Virus record (IMG/VR): IMGVR_UViG_3300032320_002688
Location: 1 to 64,000 of that record
Length of the DNA: 64,000 nucleotides
Source: a virus
Taxonomy: Duplodnaviria; Heunggongvirae; Uroviricota; Caudoviricetes
Strand: one strand, 5' to 3'
Part shown: piece by piece, positions 27,309-36,776 of the stretch
How positions within the stretch are numbered: the first letter of the stretch is position 1
How the letters are laid out: each line of letters starts with the position of its first letter
The notes under the pieces: model-generated
Told to the model about the DNA's origin: nothing
The model's database searches: none
What the model saw: the letters and a program-made list of their open reading frames with translations, nothing else
Program-made: the position numbers and the translations under genes

Positions 27309-28271
27309 CTACGCTACTTCAAAAAATTTCTTTTGAGGAATATTTTTATCACATAAGTTGGGTTTATCATTAAATGGACACCATGTACAAGAATCTTTAC
27401 TTACATTTTTAGGATGTTCGTGGTCTCTATAAATTCCATCTTCATAAAATGCTTCGCTCAAAAATTCTTCAAAGTGAGTAACTATTTGCTTACGCTTAAT
27501 TTTACCACTAGCTGGAGCCCACATTTGTATTCTTGGAATTGTATAATCCTCGTTTTCCCAAATTTTACGTTTAACAATAAAATATTGAACATCTACTTTA
27601 TCAACATCTAATTTATATTGTTTAGCAAAAAATTCTTTATACAATAATATCTGAGATATAACCGACTCGTCTTTTTTCTTTTTATCATTCCATCCACTAC
27701 GAGATGTTTTGATATCATAAATAATTACTTTATCTAAATCCATGTCGTATAAAACTAAATCAATATAACCTTTAAGGAATATATTTTTAGTTAAACCAAC
27801 CATTAATGGCATTTCAATACCTAATAACCTAACATTACGTGTTGAAAAATATTTATTTCTGTTTTTCTTAAACCAATCAAGTATAACACATCCATCCTCA
27901 AAAAATTCTTTCATTTCATCAGGAGATGAGAAATGTGTTTTAACTTTATTATATTCTTCTTTGTAAACAGTTCTAAATCGTTCATTAAAGTAAGCTACAA
28001 TATCCACTCTATCAGCAGCAGCACCACTCTCAGAATACATTATTTGAAAATAATGCTGCAGCGCCTCATGCATAGCAGTTCCGAATACTGTATGAATTGA
28101 AGCTTGATAGGGTGCTAAATTCTTAATGTATTGTAAATACCAATGGTGAGGGCATTTTCTATATATTGAATACTGAGAATATGAAACACTATTTTGATAA
28201 CTGTGATTTATTTCAGGTAACTTAGTTTCTTTAATTAGTTTTTCAATATCTGTAAGTTTTTTCTTAGCCAT
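27309..28271 (-). CDS. PD-(D/E)XK nuclease, Cas4/RecB-like with C-terminal Cys cluster
   Basis: GYIDLVLYD...IYDIKTS (D..D/ExK); C-terminal CTWCPFNDKPNLC. Confidence 0.55.
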   Translation of the reverse strand: MAKKKLTDIEKLIKETKLPEINHSYQNSVSYSQYSIYRKCPHHWYLQYIKNLAPYQASIHTVFGTAMHEALQHYFQIMYSESGAAADRVDIVAYFNERFRTVYKEEYNKVKTHFSSPDEMKEFFEDGCVILDWFKKNRNKYFSTRNVRLLGIEMPLMVGLTKNIFLKGYIDLVLYDMDLDKVIIYDIKTSRSGWNDKKKKDESVISQILLYKEFFAKQYKLDVDKVDVQYFIVKRKIWENEDYTIPRIQMWAPASGKIKRKQIVTHFEEFLSEAFYEDGIYRDHEHPKNVSKDSCTWCPFNDKPNLCDKNIPQKKFFEVA

Positions 28272-28578
28272 ATATTTCTCTTATCTTCATTCCTAACTCT
28301 GCATTGTTTGGATGCTTCTTAACCAAGTCTTGAACTGTGTTTAATGTTGTTATTTCTTTTTTTAAATACTGGGCTAAGTCAAGAGCTTCTTCATAGGCAT
28401 GTTGAAGCATATTTTGATGATTGTTATTGGCTAGGGTAGTATTGTATTTATCTAATCCTCGTTTCGCACGAGCAGTTAAATCTTCCATTACTTCCCAAGT
28501 AATATCATCTTTTGGACGTTCGATTGTTTTGTTTACTTGGAGCATCTTTTTTCTTTTTAGTTTTTTTAGTAGCCACAT
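28264..28578 (-). CDS. hypothetical protein
   Basis: 104-aa ORF. Confidence 0.4.
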   Translation of the reverse strand: MWLLKKLKRKKMLQVNKTIERPKDDITWEVMEDLTARAKRGLDKYNTTLANNNHQNMLQHAYEEALDLAQYLKKEITTLNTVQDLVKKHPNNAELGMKIREIYG

Positions 28579-28951
28579 AACCTTGAGTTTCGTTAAAGGT
28601 ACGCTCTATTTCTTGCTCCTCCAAAAGCGGAAGTATATCAATAATTTCACGCGTACTACACATGTAATACTTAGATAATGCGTTTACCTGTTCCTGATTA
28701 ATTGATTTATTTGATTTGACGTAACGAAAAAATGATTTGCTTTTTGGAAGCAATCCACAATAAAATTCATATAATTTGCGTTTCGGCAAAACATATTTCT
28801 GAGCAATGTTGACTATGTCAATATACTCACGCTTCATTGAAATGAATCTACTAACCATATAAGGGTTAAATGTCTCCTTATCTATGTCAGTAAATTCATC
28901 CCAAGAACGCTTTGATGATGTTATTTCATTTAACCAATCAAATATTGTCAT
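28505..28951 (-). CDS. hypothetical protein with Lys-rich C-terminus
   Basis: 148-aa ORF. Confidence 0.45.
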   Translation of the reverse strand: MTIFDWLNEITSSKRSWDEFTDIDKETFNPYMVSRFISMKREYIDIVNIAQKYVLPKRKLYEFYCGLLPKSKSFFRYVKSNKSINQEQVNALSKYYMCSTREIIDILPLLEEQEIERTFNETQGYVATKKTKKKKDAPSKQNNRTSKR

Positions 28952-29187
28952 TATTCAGCTGTTGGTGTTCTTAATTCCTCAGGAATAAATTCATTATTCA
29001 CGTGTCCACATTTTACACAGTAAAAAGTAGGAATTGGAATAATACCATCTTTTTCAGTACCGGTAAGGAATTTAGATGCTTTACGCAATACAACTCCTTC
29101 TTGAAATACATTACTCCCACATTCATCACATAAAAGTGGTTGTGTTTTGTCTAATGAAAGATTTAATTGAATTCTTTCTTGTGCCAT
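28951..29187 (-). CDS. zinc-ribbon protein
   Basis: CDECGSN...CVKCGH. Confidence 0.4.
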   Translation of the reverse strand: MAQERIQLNLSLDKTQPLLCDECGSNVFQEGVVLRKASKFLTGTEKDGIIPIPTFYCVKCGHVNNEFIPEELRTPTAE

Positions 29188-29188
29188 A

Positions 29189-30067
29189 TTATATTGTTGT
29201 TAGTTTAGCAATGCAGCCCATAAAATTAATTTCTTTATCTGGGGCTGTTACAGATTGAAATTGATATTCAGCTATAGTAATAATAAATTCAGGGTCATCG
29301 TGTTTATCAAATAACATTCTGTATAAATTATTAAAATCTTTTATATTATTATCTGCTACAATTTGTCTAATAGTAGCAAATGCATCTTTTCTATCTAATG
29401 CCTCTGAAATCTGTTGAGGGTAATTTGCTTCTCCTAAGCTTTCCACAACTAAAGTATCTTTTCTAATAGAACCTTGGATTGTGTTGAGTGCACGTCTAAT
29501 ATCAGGATAAGTCTTTTTAACAATAATAGATAAATCTTTATTATCAAATACGATAGATTCCTTATCTAAAATGCTAGCTAAATGACGGGCAACTTGTTTG
29601 ATTGGAGGAGAACTCAGTTCATACAACGTCAAACGTGATTGAAGTGGCTCAATAATACGCTCAACGAAGTTACACGTAAAAATAAAACGTGTATTACCAC
29701 TAAATGATTCGATAATATTTCTTAATGCTGCTTGTGCGTTAATAGTAAGAAAATCCGCTTCATCCAATATAACAACTTTAATAGGTTGAAATGTAGCGGC
29801 TGAGGCGAATTGTTTAACGGTTTCCCTGATTGTATCAATACCATTTTCATCACTACAGTTAATGTAGATGAAATCGCATTGTATGTTTTTTACTATTAGT
29901 TTAGCAGCTGTGGTTTTACCAGTGCCTGGAGAACCATGTAGCAATAAATTAGGTAAATTACCTTCGGTAATCCATTTTTGCAAATCAGCAATAAAATGTT
30001 CATTACCAATATAGCCATCGATAGTATCGGGTCTATATTTTTCGACAAATAACGTATGTTTACTCAT
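29189..30067 (-). CDS. sliding-clamp loader AAA+ ATPase (gp44/RFC small subunit-like)
   Basis: LFVEKYRPDTIDGYIGNEH...LLLHGSPGTGKTT. Confidence 0.8.
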   Translation of the reverse strand: MSKHTLFVEKYRPDTIDGYIGNEHFIADLQKWITEGNLPNLLLHGSPGTGKTTAAKLIVKNIQCDFIYINCSDENGIDTIRETVKQFASAATFQPIKVVILDEADFLTINAQAALRNIIESFSGNTRFIFTCNFVERIIEPLQSRLTLYELSSPPIKQVARHLASILDKESIVFDNKDLSIIVKKTYPDIRRALNTIQGSIRKDTLVVESLGEANYPQQISEALDRKDAFATIRQIVADNNIKDFNNLYRMLFDKHDDPEFIITIAEYQFQSVTAPDKEINFMGCIAKLTTI

Positions 30068-30105
30068 ATAAGTAAATTTACGAAATTTTATTTAGATAAC
30101 CAAAG

Positions 30106-30681
30106 TTATCTTAACATATTATCTACATCTGTGAGAGGAGAATCCCATAAATTAATAGCAATTGCTTTACGGGTACCTTTAGTTACAGGAGTAACTGCGT
30201 GTAATTGACTAGCATCAAATATGACTAATCGATTGTATTTTGCTTCAATTAACTCATAAGGAGCATTGAAATCAGTAGAATGGGTTTTCCATACTTTAAG
30301 ATATCCACCTTCCATTTCGTCATTACAAGGATCTGGATAGAAAACAGTTCCAACTTTTGGGGTAACTAATTCTCCTGTTGTTTCGAATAATTTTTCATCT
30401 TTATCAAAATGAGATATTAAAGAAAAATCACCACCTTCATTACTGATGGTTTTATTAGCGTCATAAACGCCTACCCAATGTTCGAATCCACTTAATGAAA
30501 TGCGTTCTTGGATTGGGCAATGGTCGCGCCAAATATAAGTAATAAGATGTTGACGGAGAGTTGTTGCGGCATTATTCCACCAACCATTATACCAATGATA
30601 ACCTAGTTTCCAGAAGTCTTCTGATTGCTGGATTTGACGTAACAAATCAGTATCTTTTACAAAGTTATCTATTATTATCAT
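30106..30681 (-). CDS. P4H-type 2OG-Fe(II) oxygenase
   Basis: ISHFDKDE (HxD) ... QLHAVTPVTKGTRKAIAINLW (distal His and Arg). Confidence 0.6.
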   Translation of the reverse strand: MIIIDNFVKDTDLLRQIQQSEDFWKLGYHWYNGWWNNAATTLRQHLITYIWRDHCPIQERISLSGFEHWVGVYDANKTISNEGGDFSLISHFDKDEKLFETTGELVTPKVGTVFYPDPCNDEMEGGYLKVWKTHSTDFNAPYELIEAKYNRLVIFDASQLHAVTPVTKGTRKAIAINLWDSPLTDVDNMLR

Positions 30682-30692
30682 AGGTGGAAATT

Positions 30693-30914
30693 TTAGTAAA
30701 TATTTTCTTGATTTCGTTTTGCTTGTTCTGCTTCTTTATACATTCTGATCCAAGTTAAAGACACATCGACCGGAGCTAATACCCAAGCCATAACTAATAC
30801 CATTATAGAATCCATTTCTGGAGAAGTTCCATAATCAATGCCCTTTGTTTTGTATTTTTTATTTAGTTGTATGAAACAGTAAATAATGCAAACAACATAG
30901 TAAATAATAAACAT
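30693..30914 (-). CDS. small membrane protein
   Basis: 73 aa, two hydrophobic helices. Confidence 0.4.
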   Translation of the reverse strand: MFIIYYVVCIIYCFIQLNKKYKTKGIDYGTSPEMDSIMVLVMAWVLAPVDVSLTWIRMYKEAEQAKRNQENIY

Positions 30915-30935
30915 AACTTAATAATTTTTTAATTT

Positions 30936-31022
30936 GCGGAGAGACAGGGATTCGAACCCCAGATACCCTTTCAAGTATTTCGGTTTTCAAGACCGACGCA
31001 TTCAACCGCTCTGCCATCTCTC
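30936..31022 (-). tRNA. tRNA-Ser (anticodon UGA), type II with long variable arm
   Basis: reverse complement GGAGAGATGGCAGAGCGGTTGAATGCGTCGGTCTTGAAAACCGA...GGGGTTCGAATCCCTGTCTCTCCG; 7-bp acceptor stem; anticodon loop CTTGAAA; closely resembles E. coli tRNA-Ser(UGA). Confidence 0.85.
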
Positions 31023-31067
31023 CGTCGTGAATTACTTCACTGTAACTGAATCAGCCTTAACAGTTGA

Positions 31068-31196
31068 ATCAGCAACTACTGCTGTTGTATCAGTTGATAC
31101 TGCAGTTGAATCAATTTTTACTTCAGTTGAAGCACCATTACCACCACATGCTACTAAAGTAGTTGCCAATGCTAATGCGAATACGATTTTTTTCAT
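31068..31196 (-). CDS. tiny putative lipoprotein (about 42 aa, not in ORF track)
   Basis: MKKIVFALALATTLVACGGNGAST... signal peptide plus LVAC lipobox; coordinates approximate. Confidence 0.3.
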
Positions 31197-31254
31197 AATT
31201 TGTTTTTTTAGTTAATTATAACTTATTTGTGGATTATAAATATACGATAATAAT

Positions 31255-31998
31255 TTAGGGTATCCAAGTTTTCTTTGAAGAAAGTATTCTTTCTCCAGAA
31301 AGATAATAGGGGTTATTTTCAGTATTAGTAGTGTATCCAAATAGGATGTCACGTGTAATTTCTTTTGGTGATAGTTTTAATTTAACAACGTTACGTGGAT
31401 GGAAATTATGATAGAAGTATCTATTCCCACTATACACGGGTTGTGTTTTCATATCGTCCCAAGCTAATCGAATAGGATTTTCTTCCCCAGCATATACACC
31501 CACTCTGTATGTAGCGTAGTATGATGTTCGTGCATCATCAGCAGTTAACATAGATATAAAATTAATATTTTTGTTATTTGAGGATAATGAATGAGCAAAA
31601 TCAGAAACTACTGTTACATAACATTTATGTTTATCTGTAAATTCTTCTATTACTGAAAGAGTATCCTGATGGAAATTAATATCTTCATGTTGTAACCATA
31701 TAGCTACTTTTCTATCAAATAAATCAAATTTATCCCAAGCTACCTTTACAATTTTATTATTTCTGAATCCTAATACTTCAATATACCAATCGATATAGAA
31801 TTTCATTCCTAATTCATTCCAGTTATTTCCCCACATAGGAGTACTTTCTACTAATTCGTAATTACTACCTACTTTTTCGTAGTATCGAATTAAAAATTCA
31901 CCCCAAATATCAGAATCATCTGTTCTAATTTCAACAAAAGGACCAGCAAAGTAGTCATGGTATTTAAATGTAACTTGAGGCCAATTAATTTGAGACAT
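31255..31998 (-). CDS. hypothetical protein
   Basis: 247 aa, 14-nt overlap with the carbamoyltransferase gene. Confidence 0.5.
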   Translation of the reverse strand: MSQINWPQVTFKYHDYFAGPFVEIRTDDSDIWGEFLIRYYEKVGSNYELVESTPMWGNNWNELGMKFYIDWYIEVLGFRNNKIVKVAWDKFDLFDRKVAIWLQHEDINFHQDTLSVIEEFTDKHKCYVTVVSDFAHSLSSNNKNINFISMLTADDARTSYYATYRVGVYAGEENPIRLAWDDMKTQPVYSGNRYFYHNFHPRNVVKLKLSPKEITRDILFGYTTNTENNPYYLSGERILSSKKTWIP

Positions 31999-33616
31999 AT
32001 AACATATTATTAATGATTAAATAATCGATAGAACCCTTTTCTAAATGAGCAAATGCTTGTTCTGGTGTGTCAATAATAGGTTCACCATGTCCATTAAATG
32101 AAGTATTAATTAAAACAGGAATATTAGTCCATTTATCATAATAATATAATATATTATAAAATACAGGATGTACATCTAGTCTTACAATTTGTGGACGTGC
32201 AGTACCATCTAAATGAGTAACTGCTGGGATTTTTTCCTTCCATTCTTCTTTTACATTATGACATAATGTCATAAATTCAGAAGCAAATTTTGATGATTTA
32301 ATATCAAATACTTCTTCTGCTTTTTCATGTAATACTATGGGAGCAAAAGGCATTGTTTCATCTCTTCCAAATCTCTGATTAAGATGAGAATGGTTATAAC
32401 GATTTGTTGCTTCCATTATAACACTTCTGTTACCTAATGCTCTAGGTCCTAATTCAAAGCGACCATTGAATATTCCAAATACTTTTCTGTTTGTTAATTC
32501 GGATACTATAAATTCCATGTCGTTGGTATATCTACCTTTTGCTTTTACATTAAATTTAAGGGCAGCATCCATTACTTGTTCATCAGTGTATTCAAATCCA
32601 AAAAATACATCTTTAGTTGGTTTATGATCCCAATCCCCGTGATTCCATGAAGCTAAAATAGCAGCACCTAAAGATAAACCTTCATCTCCCATAGGTGGGG
32701 CAATGAATATTTCTTCAAACCCACACTCTTCATTTATGCGTTGATTTGCTTTTACATTGGCGAATATTCCACCAGACAATACTAATTTTTTATGTTCAGG
32801 ATATCTTGCTTTGATATCTTTAATATAAGGTATTATTTGGTCTTCAAAGTGTTTTTGTGTTGTAAACGCTATATCTGCTTTTTTTTCTGCAGTATCAAAA
32901 AATCCATTACCCTCGCACTGCCTAAAAGCCCAATTAGCTAAAGGAAAATTATGAGGTGTACTAAAACGTAAATTACCTTGGTATTTACAAACTTCATCTA
33001 ATATATTATAAAAATCTTGATTTAGTTTACCCTGAGGGGCTAGTCCCATTATTTTTCCTTCATCTTTAACAGGTGTGTAATCAAAATGTTTACATAATTC
33101 AAACCAGATACATCCTAATGAACCTTCTAATGGTTCCAAGTTTTGATGTACTTTAGTCATTTCACCATTTTCACCTATCCAAACTGTACTATAATTTCTT
33201 TCATTACTGCCACCATCCATAGTAACAATTAATGTTTTTTCATTAAATCCAGCTAAATAGTATCCTACCGCAGCATGACATTGATGATGTTCAAAAAACA
33301 TAATTGGTTTATTAAACATCTTTAATTTCTGCTTAAAATAATAGTAGTTAGCTACTTTATCAGGAGAACTATCATAACTACCCAAATCATATCTAAACTG
33401 TCCTGGATCTGATATAGCTATATAATCAACATCTTCAAATTTTATACCTGTTGCCTTTTCTATAGCAACATACGATGCTTTTGGAGATTCAAACCAGCTA
33501 TATCCGTGTTTTACTCTTGTTATTCGTTCGTTTTCAACAGCATATAAAATTTTACCATCTTCTATTAGTGCTGTTGAGTATTGGTGTGCACCAAAGAACA
33601 TCCCGTATACTACCAT
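31985..33616 (-). CDS. carbamoyltransferase (NodU/CmcH family)
   Basis: N-terminus VVYGMFFGAHQYSTALIEDGKILYAVENERITRVKH is typical of NodU/CmcH; about 540 aa as expected for the family. Confidence 0.7.
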   Translation of the reverse strand: MVVYGMFFGAHQYSTALIEDGKILYAVENERITRVKHGYSWFESPKASYVAIEKATGIKFEDVDYIAISDPGQFRYDLGSYDSSPDKVANYYYFKQKLKMFNKPIMFFEHHQCHAAVGYYLAGFNEKTLIVTMDGGSNERNYSTVWIGENGEMTKVHQNLEPLEGSLGCIWFELCKHFDYTPVKDEGKIMGLAPQGKLNQDFYNILDEVCKYQGNLRFSTPHNFPLANWAFRQCEGNGFFDTAEKKADIAFTTQKHFEDQIIPYIKDIKARYPEHKKLVLSGGIFANVKANQRINEECGFEEIFIAPPMGDEGLSLGAAILASWNHGDWDHKPTKDVFFGFEYTDEQVMDAALKFNVKAKGRYTNDMEFIVSELTNRKVFGIFNGRFELGPRALGNRSVIMEATNRYNHSHLNQRFGRDETMPFAPIVLHEKAEEVFDIKSSKFASEFMTLCHNVKEEWKEKIPAVTHLDGTARPQIVRLDVHPVFYNILYYYDKWTNIPVLINTSFNGHGEPIIDTPEQAFAHLEKGSIDYLIINNMLYVSN

Positions 33617-34284
33617 AACTTTATAATATTAGTTCGGTCTAAAGGACCTATTTGTAAATCTGTATTTTTAGAATCTACTTCGTCTGCTCTATAACTATCA
33701 TTATCCCATATGGCATGATCAATATTGTCAGTGTACCAAAGAGATAAAGTATAACGTTCCCCACTAGTAATCATTTTGACACCGTGGGCATGTTCTAATC
33801 CTGATTTGAATCCTATTAAGTCTCCTCTTTCAGGTTTAATTTCAAGATAAGGGTCAATAAAGAAAAATTCTCCCCCTTCATATTTTGAACTATCACTAAG
33901 ATAAACTATAGAAGAAAATTGTCTATAATAAACATAGTTAGGTCTTCCGTCAGGCCAATAAGCATTATCAGCATGTACCCCTAGGTTACGGCCAGAAAAC
34001 CATTTAACTAATACTTGTGTATCAGACCATATTTGTTCAGGTTGAAAGAAATCAATGTGTTTTTGTCGAGTATTATATGCTAACTGCTCAACAAATACTT
34101 TTGCTCTTTTATCCCTAAGACCTTGTTTATGTAAATTTGTTTTGTCAAAATAACTGAAGTCTGCATTACTAAACATGTCAGTTTGATGGAGCATATCGCT
34201 ATCTCTATCATACTCACTGATTAGAAAATCGCAGACTTCAGGGGGACAAAAGTTTGGTATATGAAAATAGTCAGAACGAATCAT
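33610..34284 (-). CDS. P4H-type 2OG-Fe(II) oxygenase
   Basis: GVHADNAYW (HxD) ... EHAHGVKMITSGERYTLSLW (His, RxS). Confidence 0.65.
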   Translation of the reverse strand: MIRSDYFHIPNFCPPEVCDFLISEYDRDSDMLHQTDMFSNADFSYFDKTNLHKQGLRDKRAKVFVEQLAYNTRQKHIDFFQPEQIWSDTQVLVKWFSGRNLGVHADNAYWPDGRPNYVYYRQFSSIVYLSDSSKYEGGEFFFIDPYLEIKPERGDLIGFKSGLEHAHGVKMITSGERYTLSLWYTDNIDHAIWDNDSYRADEVDSKNTDLQIGPLDRTNIIKLW

Positions 34285-34309
34285 GTAACTTTATTTGCTA
34301 TAAATATTA

Positions 34310-35956
34310 TTACATTCCTAAATTCATACCACCACCATTGTCATTTTTTTCATCTTTTTTCTCGAACACAACTGATTCTGTTGTTAAAATTGTTCCTGCT
34401 ACGGACGCTGCATTTTCGAGAGCAATACGTGTCACTTTTACAGGATCAAGTAAACCTTCATTTAACGCGTCGGCAACAGTATCTGTTTTAACATTAAATG
34501 TTGTAAAGTTGTTGCCTTCTGGATCTTGCTCAAATACGATATGAAGAATTTCATACCAGTTATCTTTACCAGCATTATCCATAATTTTCTTAAATGGTGC
34601 ATAACAAGCTTGTTTTACAATCTTGATACCCGAAATGATATCGGCGTTAGTGTCACCTATTTTTCCAAAGATATTATTAAACGCTTTAATCAACGAAACA
34701 CCACCACCAGGAACAATACCTTCAGCTAATGCTGCTTTTGTTGCGAATAAAGCATCTTCAACTCTATCTTTCTTTTCTTTAATTTCAATTTCGCTATTTC
34801 CACCAACTGAAACGATAGCAACACCACCAATTAATTTACCTAAACGCTCTTGTAATTTTTCTTTTTCAAAGAACGATTGTGCTTTATCAATTTGTGATTT
34901 AATTTCTTCGGCACGTGTAGAAATTGCTTCTTCAGTACCACCACCATCAATTACAGTAGTTTTATCTTTATTAACATTAACTGTTCTTGCTTTACCAAGA
35001 TATTGAGTGTATTGAGCAACAGGAATTTTATCTAATTTTAATCCTTTTTCTTTACTAATAACTTGACCACCTGTTACAGTAGCTAAATCTTCAAGGGCCA
35101 TTGTTCTACGTTCGCCAAAATCAGGTGCTTTAACAGCAATAACTTTAACGATACCTCTTGCTTTGTTAACGATTAATGTAGCTAATGCTTCACCATCAAT
35201 ATCTTCCGCAACAATTAATAATGATTTATTTTCAGCGCTTACTTTTTGTAATACTGGAAGCAATTCAGCAGCTGTTGTAATTCTACCGTCAAAAATTAAT
35301 ACATAAGCATCATCAATGATAGCTGACATTGTATTATTATCGGTAACAAAATAAGGTGATTTGTAACCACGCTCAAACTGCATACCCTCAACTACTTCAA
35401 GAGATGTTTCGCCTGATTTACTTTCTTCAATTGCAACTACGCCTTCACGGCCTACTTTTTCAAGAGCAGTAGCAATTAAATTACCAATTTCTTCATCATT
35501 ATTACCTGAAATGGTTGCTACAGCTTTAATGTGTTTTTCATCACTGATATCGAGAGCAAGTTTTTTAAGTTCATCAACTACTAACTTTACTGCTTTATCA
35601 ATACCTTTCTTTACTTCTACTGGGTTAGAACCTTGACCTAACAATTTAAGTCCTTCTTCTACCATTGTAGTAGCAAGTAATGTTGATGTTGTTGTACCAT
35701 CACCAGCTTCATTTGCTGATTTAATACTTACTTGTTTTACAAGTTGAGCTCCTAAATCTTCTACTTGGTCCTCTAATTCAGAAAATGCTTTAGCAACTGT
35801 AACACCATCTTTTGTTACTTTAAGTTCACCACTTGCATCTTTAATTAAAACTGTTCTACCACCTGGACCTAAAGTGGAAGAAACACTGTTATTCAACTTT
35901 TGAATACCAGCGAGTAATTTATTTTTTAAATCAATTCCATACGATGTTTCTACCAT
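34310..35956 (-). CDS. groEL: chaperonin GroEL (Cpn60)
   Basis: 548 aa; ATP-binding GDGTTT; C-terminal GGGMNLGM; full-length colinear with Hsp60. Confidence 0.95.
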   Translation of the reverse strand: MVETSYGIDLKNKLLAGIQKLNNSVSSTLGPGGRTVLIKDASGELKVTKDGVTVAKAFSELEDQVEDLGAQLVKQVSIKSANEAGDGTTTSTLLATTMVEEGLKLLGQGSNPVEVKKGIDKAVKLVVDELKKLALDISDEKHIKAVATISGNNDEEIGNLIATALEKVGREGVVAIEESKSGETSLEVVEGMQFERGYKSPYFVTDNNTMSAIIDDAYVLIFDGRITTAAELLPVLQKVSAENKSLLIVAEDIDGEALATLIVNKARGIVKVIAVKAPDFGERRTMALEDLATVTGGQVISKEKGLKLDKIPVAQYTQYLGKARTVNVNKDKTTVIDGGGTEEAISTRAEEIKSQIDKAQSFFEKEKLQERLGKLIGGVAIVSVGGNSEIEIKEKKDRVEDALFATKAALAEGIVPGGGVSLIKAFNNIFGKIGDTNADIISGIKIVKQACYAPFKKIMDNAGKDNWYEILHIVFEQDPEGNNFTTFNVKTDTVADALNEGLLDPVKVTRIALENAASVAGTILTTESVVFEKKDEKNDNGGGMNLGM

Positions 35957-35960
35957 GTTA

Positions 35961-36248
35961 TTAGTTTTTAATAATTCCTAAAATATCATTCTCTTTACAA
36001 ATAAAATAATCTTGTCCTTCAACGCTAATTTTCATTGCGCCTAATTTTGGGATAAGTACTTTATCTCCTACTTTTAATTCTGTTTGTTTCCAAACGCCCA
36101 TATTCCAGTTAAAAGTATCGCTTACTGCAGCTACTTCACCGATTTCGGGTCTTTCTTTTCCCAAATCCGGGATAATAATGTTTCCTACCATCTGTTCTGT
36201 TTCTTCTACAGGGGTAAGGATAATGTGTCCATTTAAGGGTTGTATCAT
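35961..36248 (-). CDS. groES: co-chaperonin GroES (Cpn10)
   Basis: 95 aa, 4 nt upstream of groEL; ILGII C-terminal pattern and mobile-loop region. Confidence 0.85.
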   Translation of the reverse strand: MIQPLNGHIILTPVEETEQMVGNIIIPDLGKERPEIGEVAAVSDTFNWNMGVWKQTELKVGDKVLIPKLGAMKISVEGQDYFICKENDILGIIKN

Positions 36249-36294
36249 AATTTTTCGTTTTTTTAAATATAAGTAAAATAATTTAAATAACCAA

Positions 36295-36310
36295 AGAGGG
36301 CGCTAACTCT
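36295..36310 (-). promoter_or_regulatory. GC-rich motif AGAGGGCGCTAACTCT upstream of groES-groEL
   Basis: shares the core AGGGCGCTAAC with 36777..36792 (there on the opposite strand, as GGTTAGCGCCCTAAGG). Confidence 0.35.
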
Positions 36311-36313
36311 TGA

Positions 36314-36730
36314 TTACTTAATAGCCAACACTTTAGGTTTGGCTTGTTCCGCGAATGGAATAGAAATTAATAATAAACCATTATCCATTTGGGCATCACC
36401 ATTTTGAAGATCAAAACGCGATGAAATTTTATAACCTAGATTAAATGAACGACGAGCAATACCCTTATGGATATAGTTAGTTATGTCGATTTCATTTTCT
36501 CCATCTTTTTCATATGTAACTCGTAAGATATCTCCTTCGATGTTAATATTAACATCTTCTTTAGATAATCCAGTGCATGCAATTTCAAAATGCAAGCCTT
36601 CTTTTGTTTCGTAAATGTCTACGGGGTGTGAAATTTTGGTCTCCAGTGCTGGAGCGAAGAATGAGTCGTTGTTGAAGAAATTCTTGAACAAGACATCGAA
36701 TGGGTCTGTGTGTGTTTTCAATAGTGTCAT
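36314..36730 (-). CDS. small heat-shock protein (Hsp20/alpha-crystallin family)
   Basis: 138 aa; alpha-crystallin domain; C-terminal I-x-I-type ISIPF. Confidence 0.75.
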   Translation of the reverse strand: MTLLKTHTDPFDVLFKNFFNNDSFFAPALETKISHPVDIYETKEGLHFEIACTGLSKEDVNINIEGDILRVTYEKDGENEIDITNYIHKGIARRSFNLGYKISSRFDLQNGDAQMDNGLLLISIPFAEQAKPKVLAIK

Positions 36731-36776
36731 AATAAACCTCCTAAGATAGTTTTTTAAATTGTTAATAATAAAACCT

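Noticed and set aside
30934-31215. 93-aa plus-strand ORF
   Set aside because: It reads antisense through the tRNA-Ser and the micro-lipoprotein region; an artefact.
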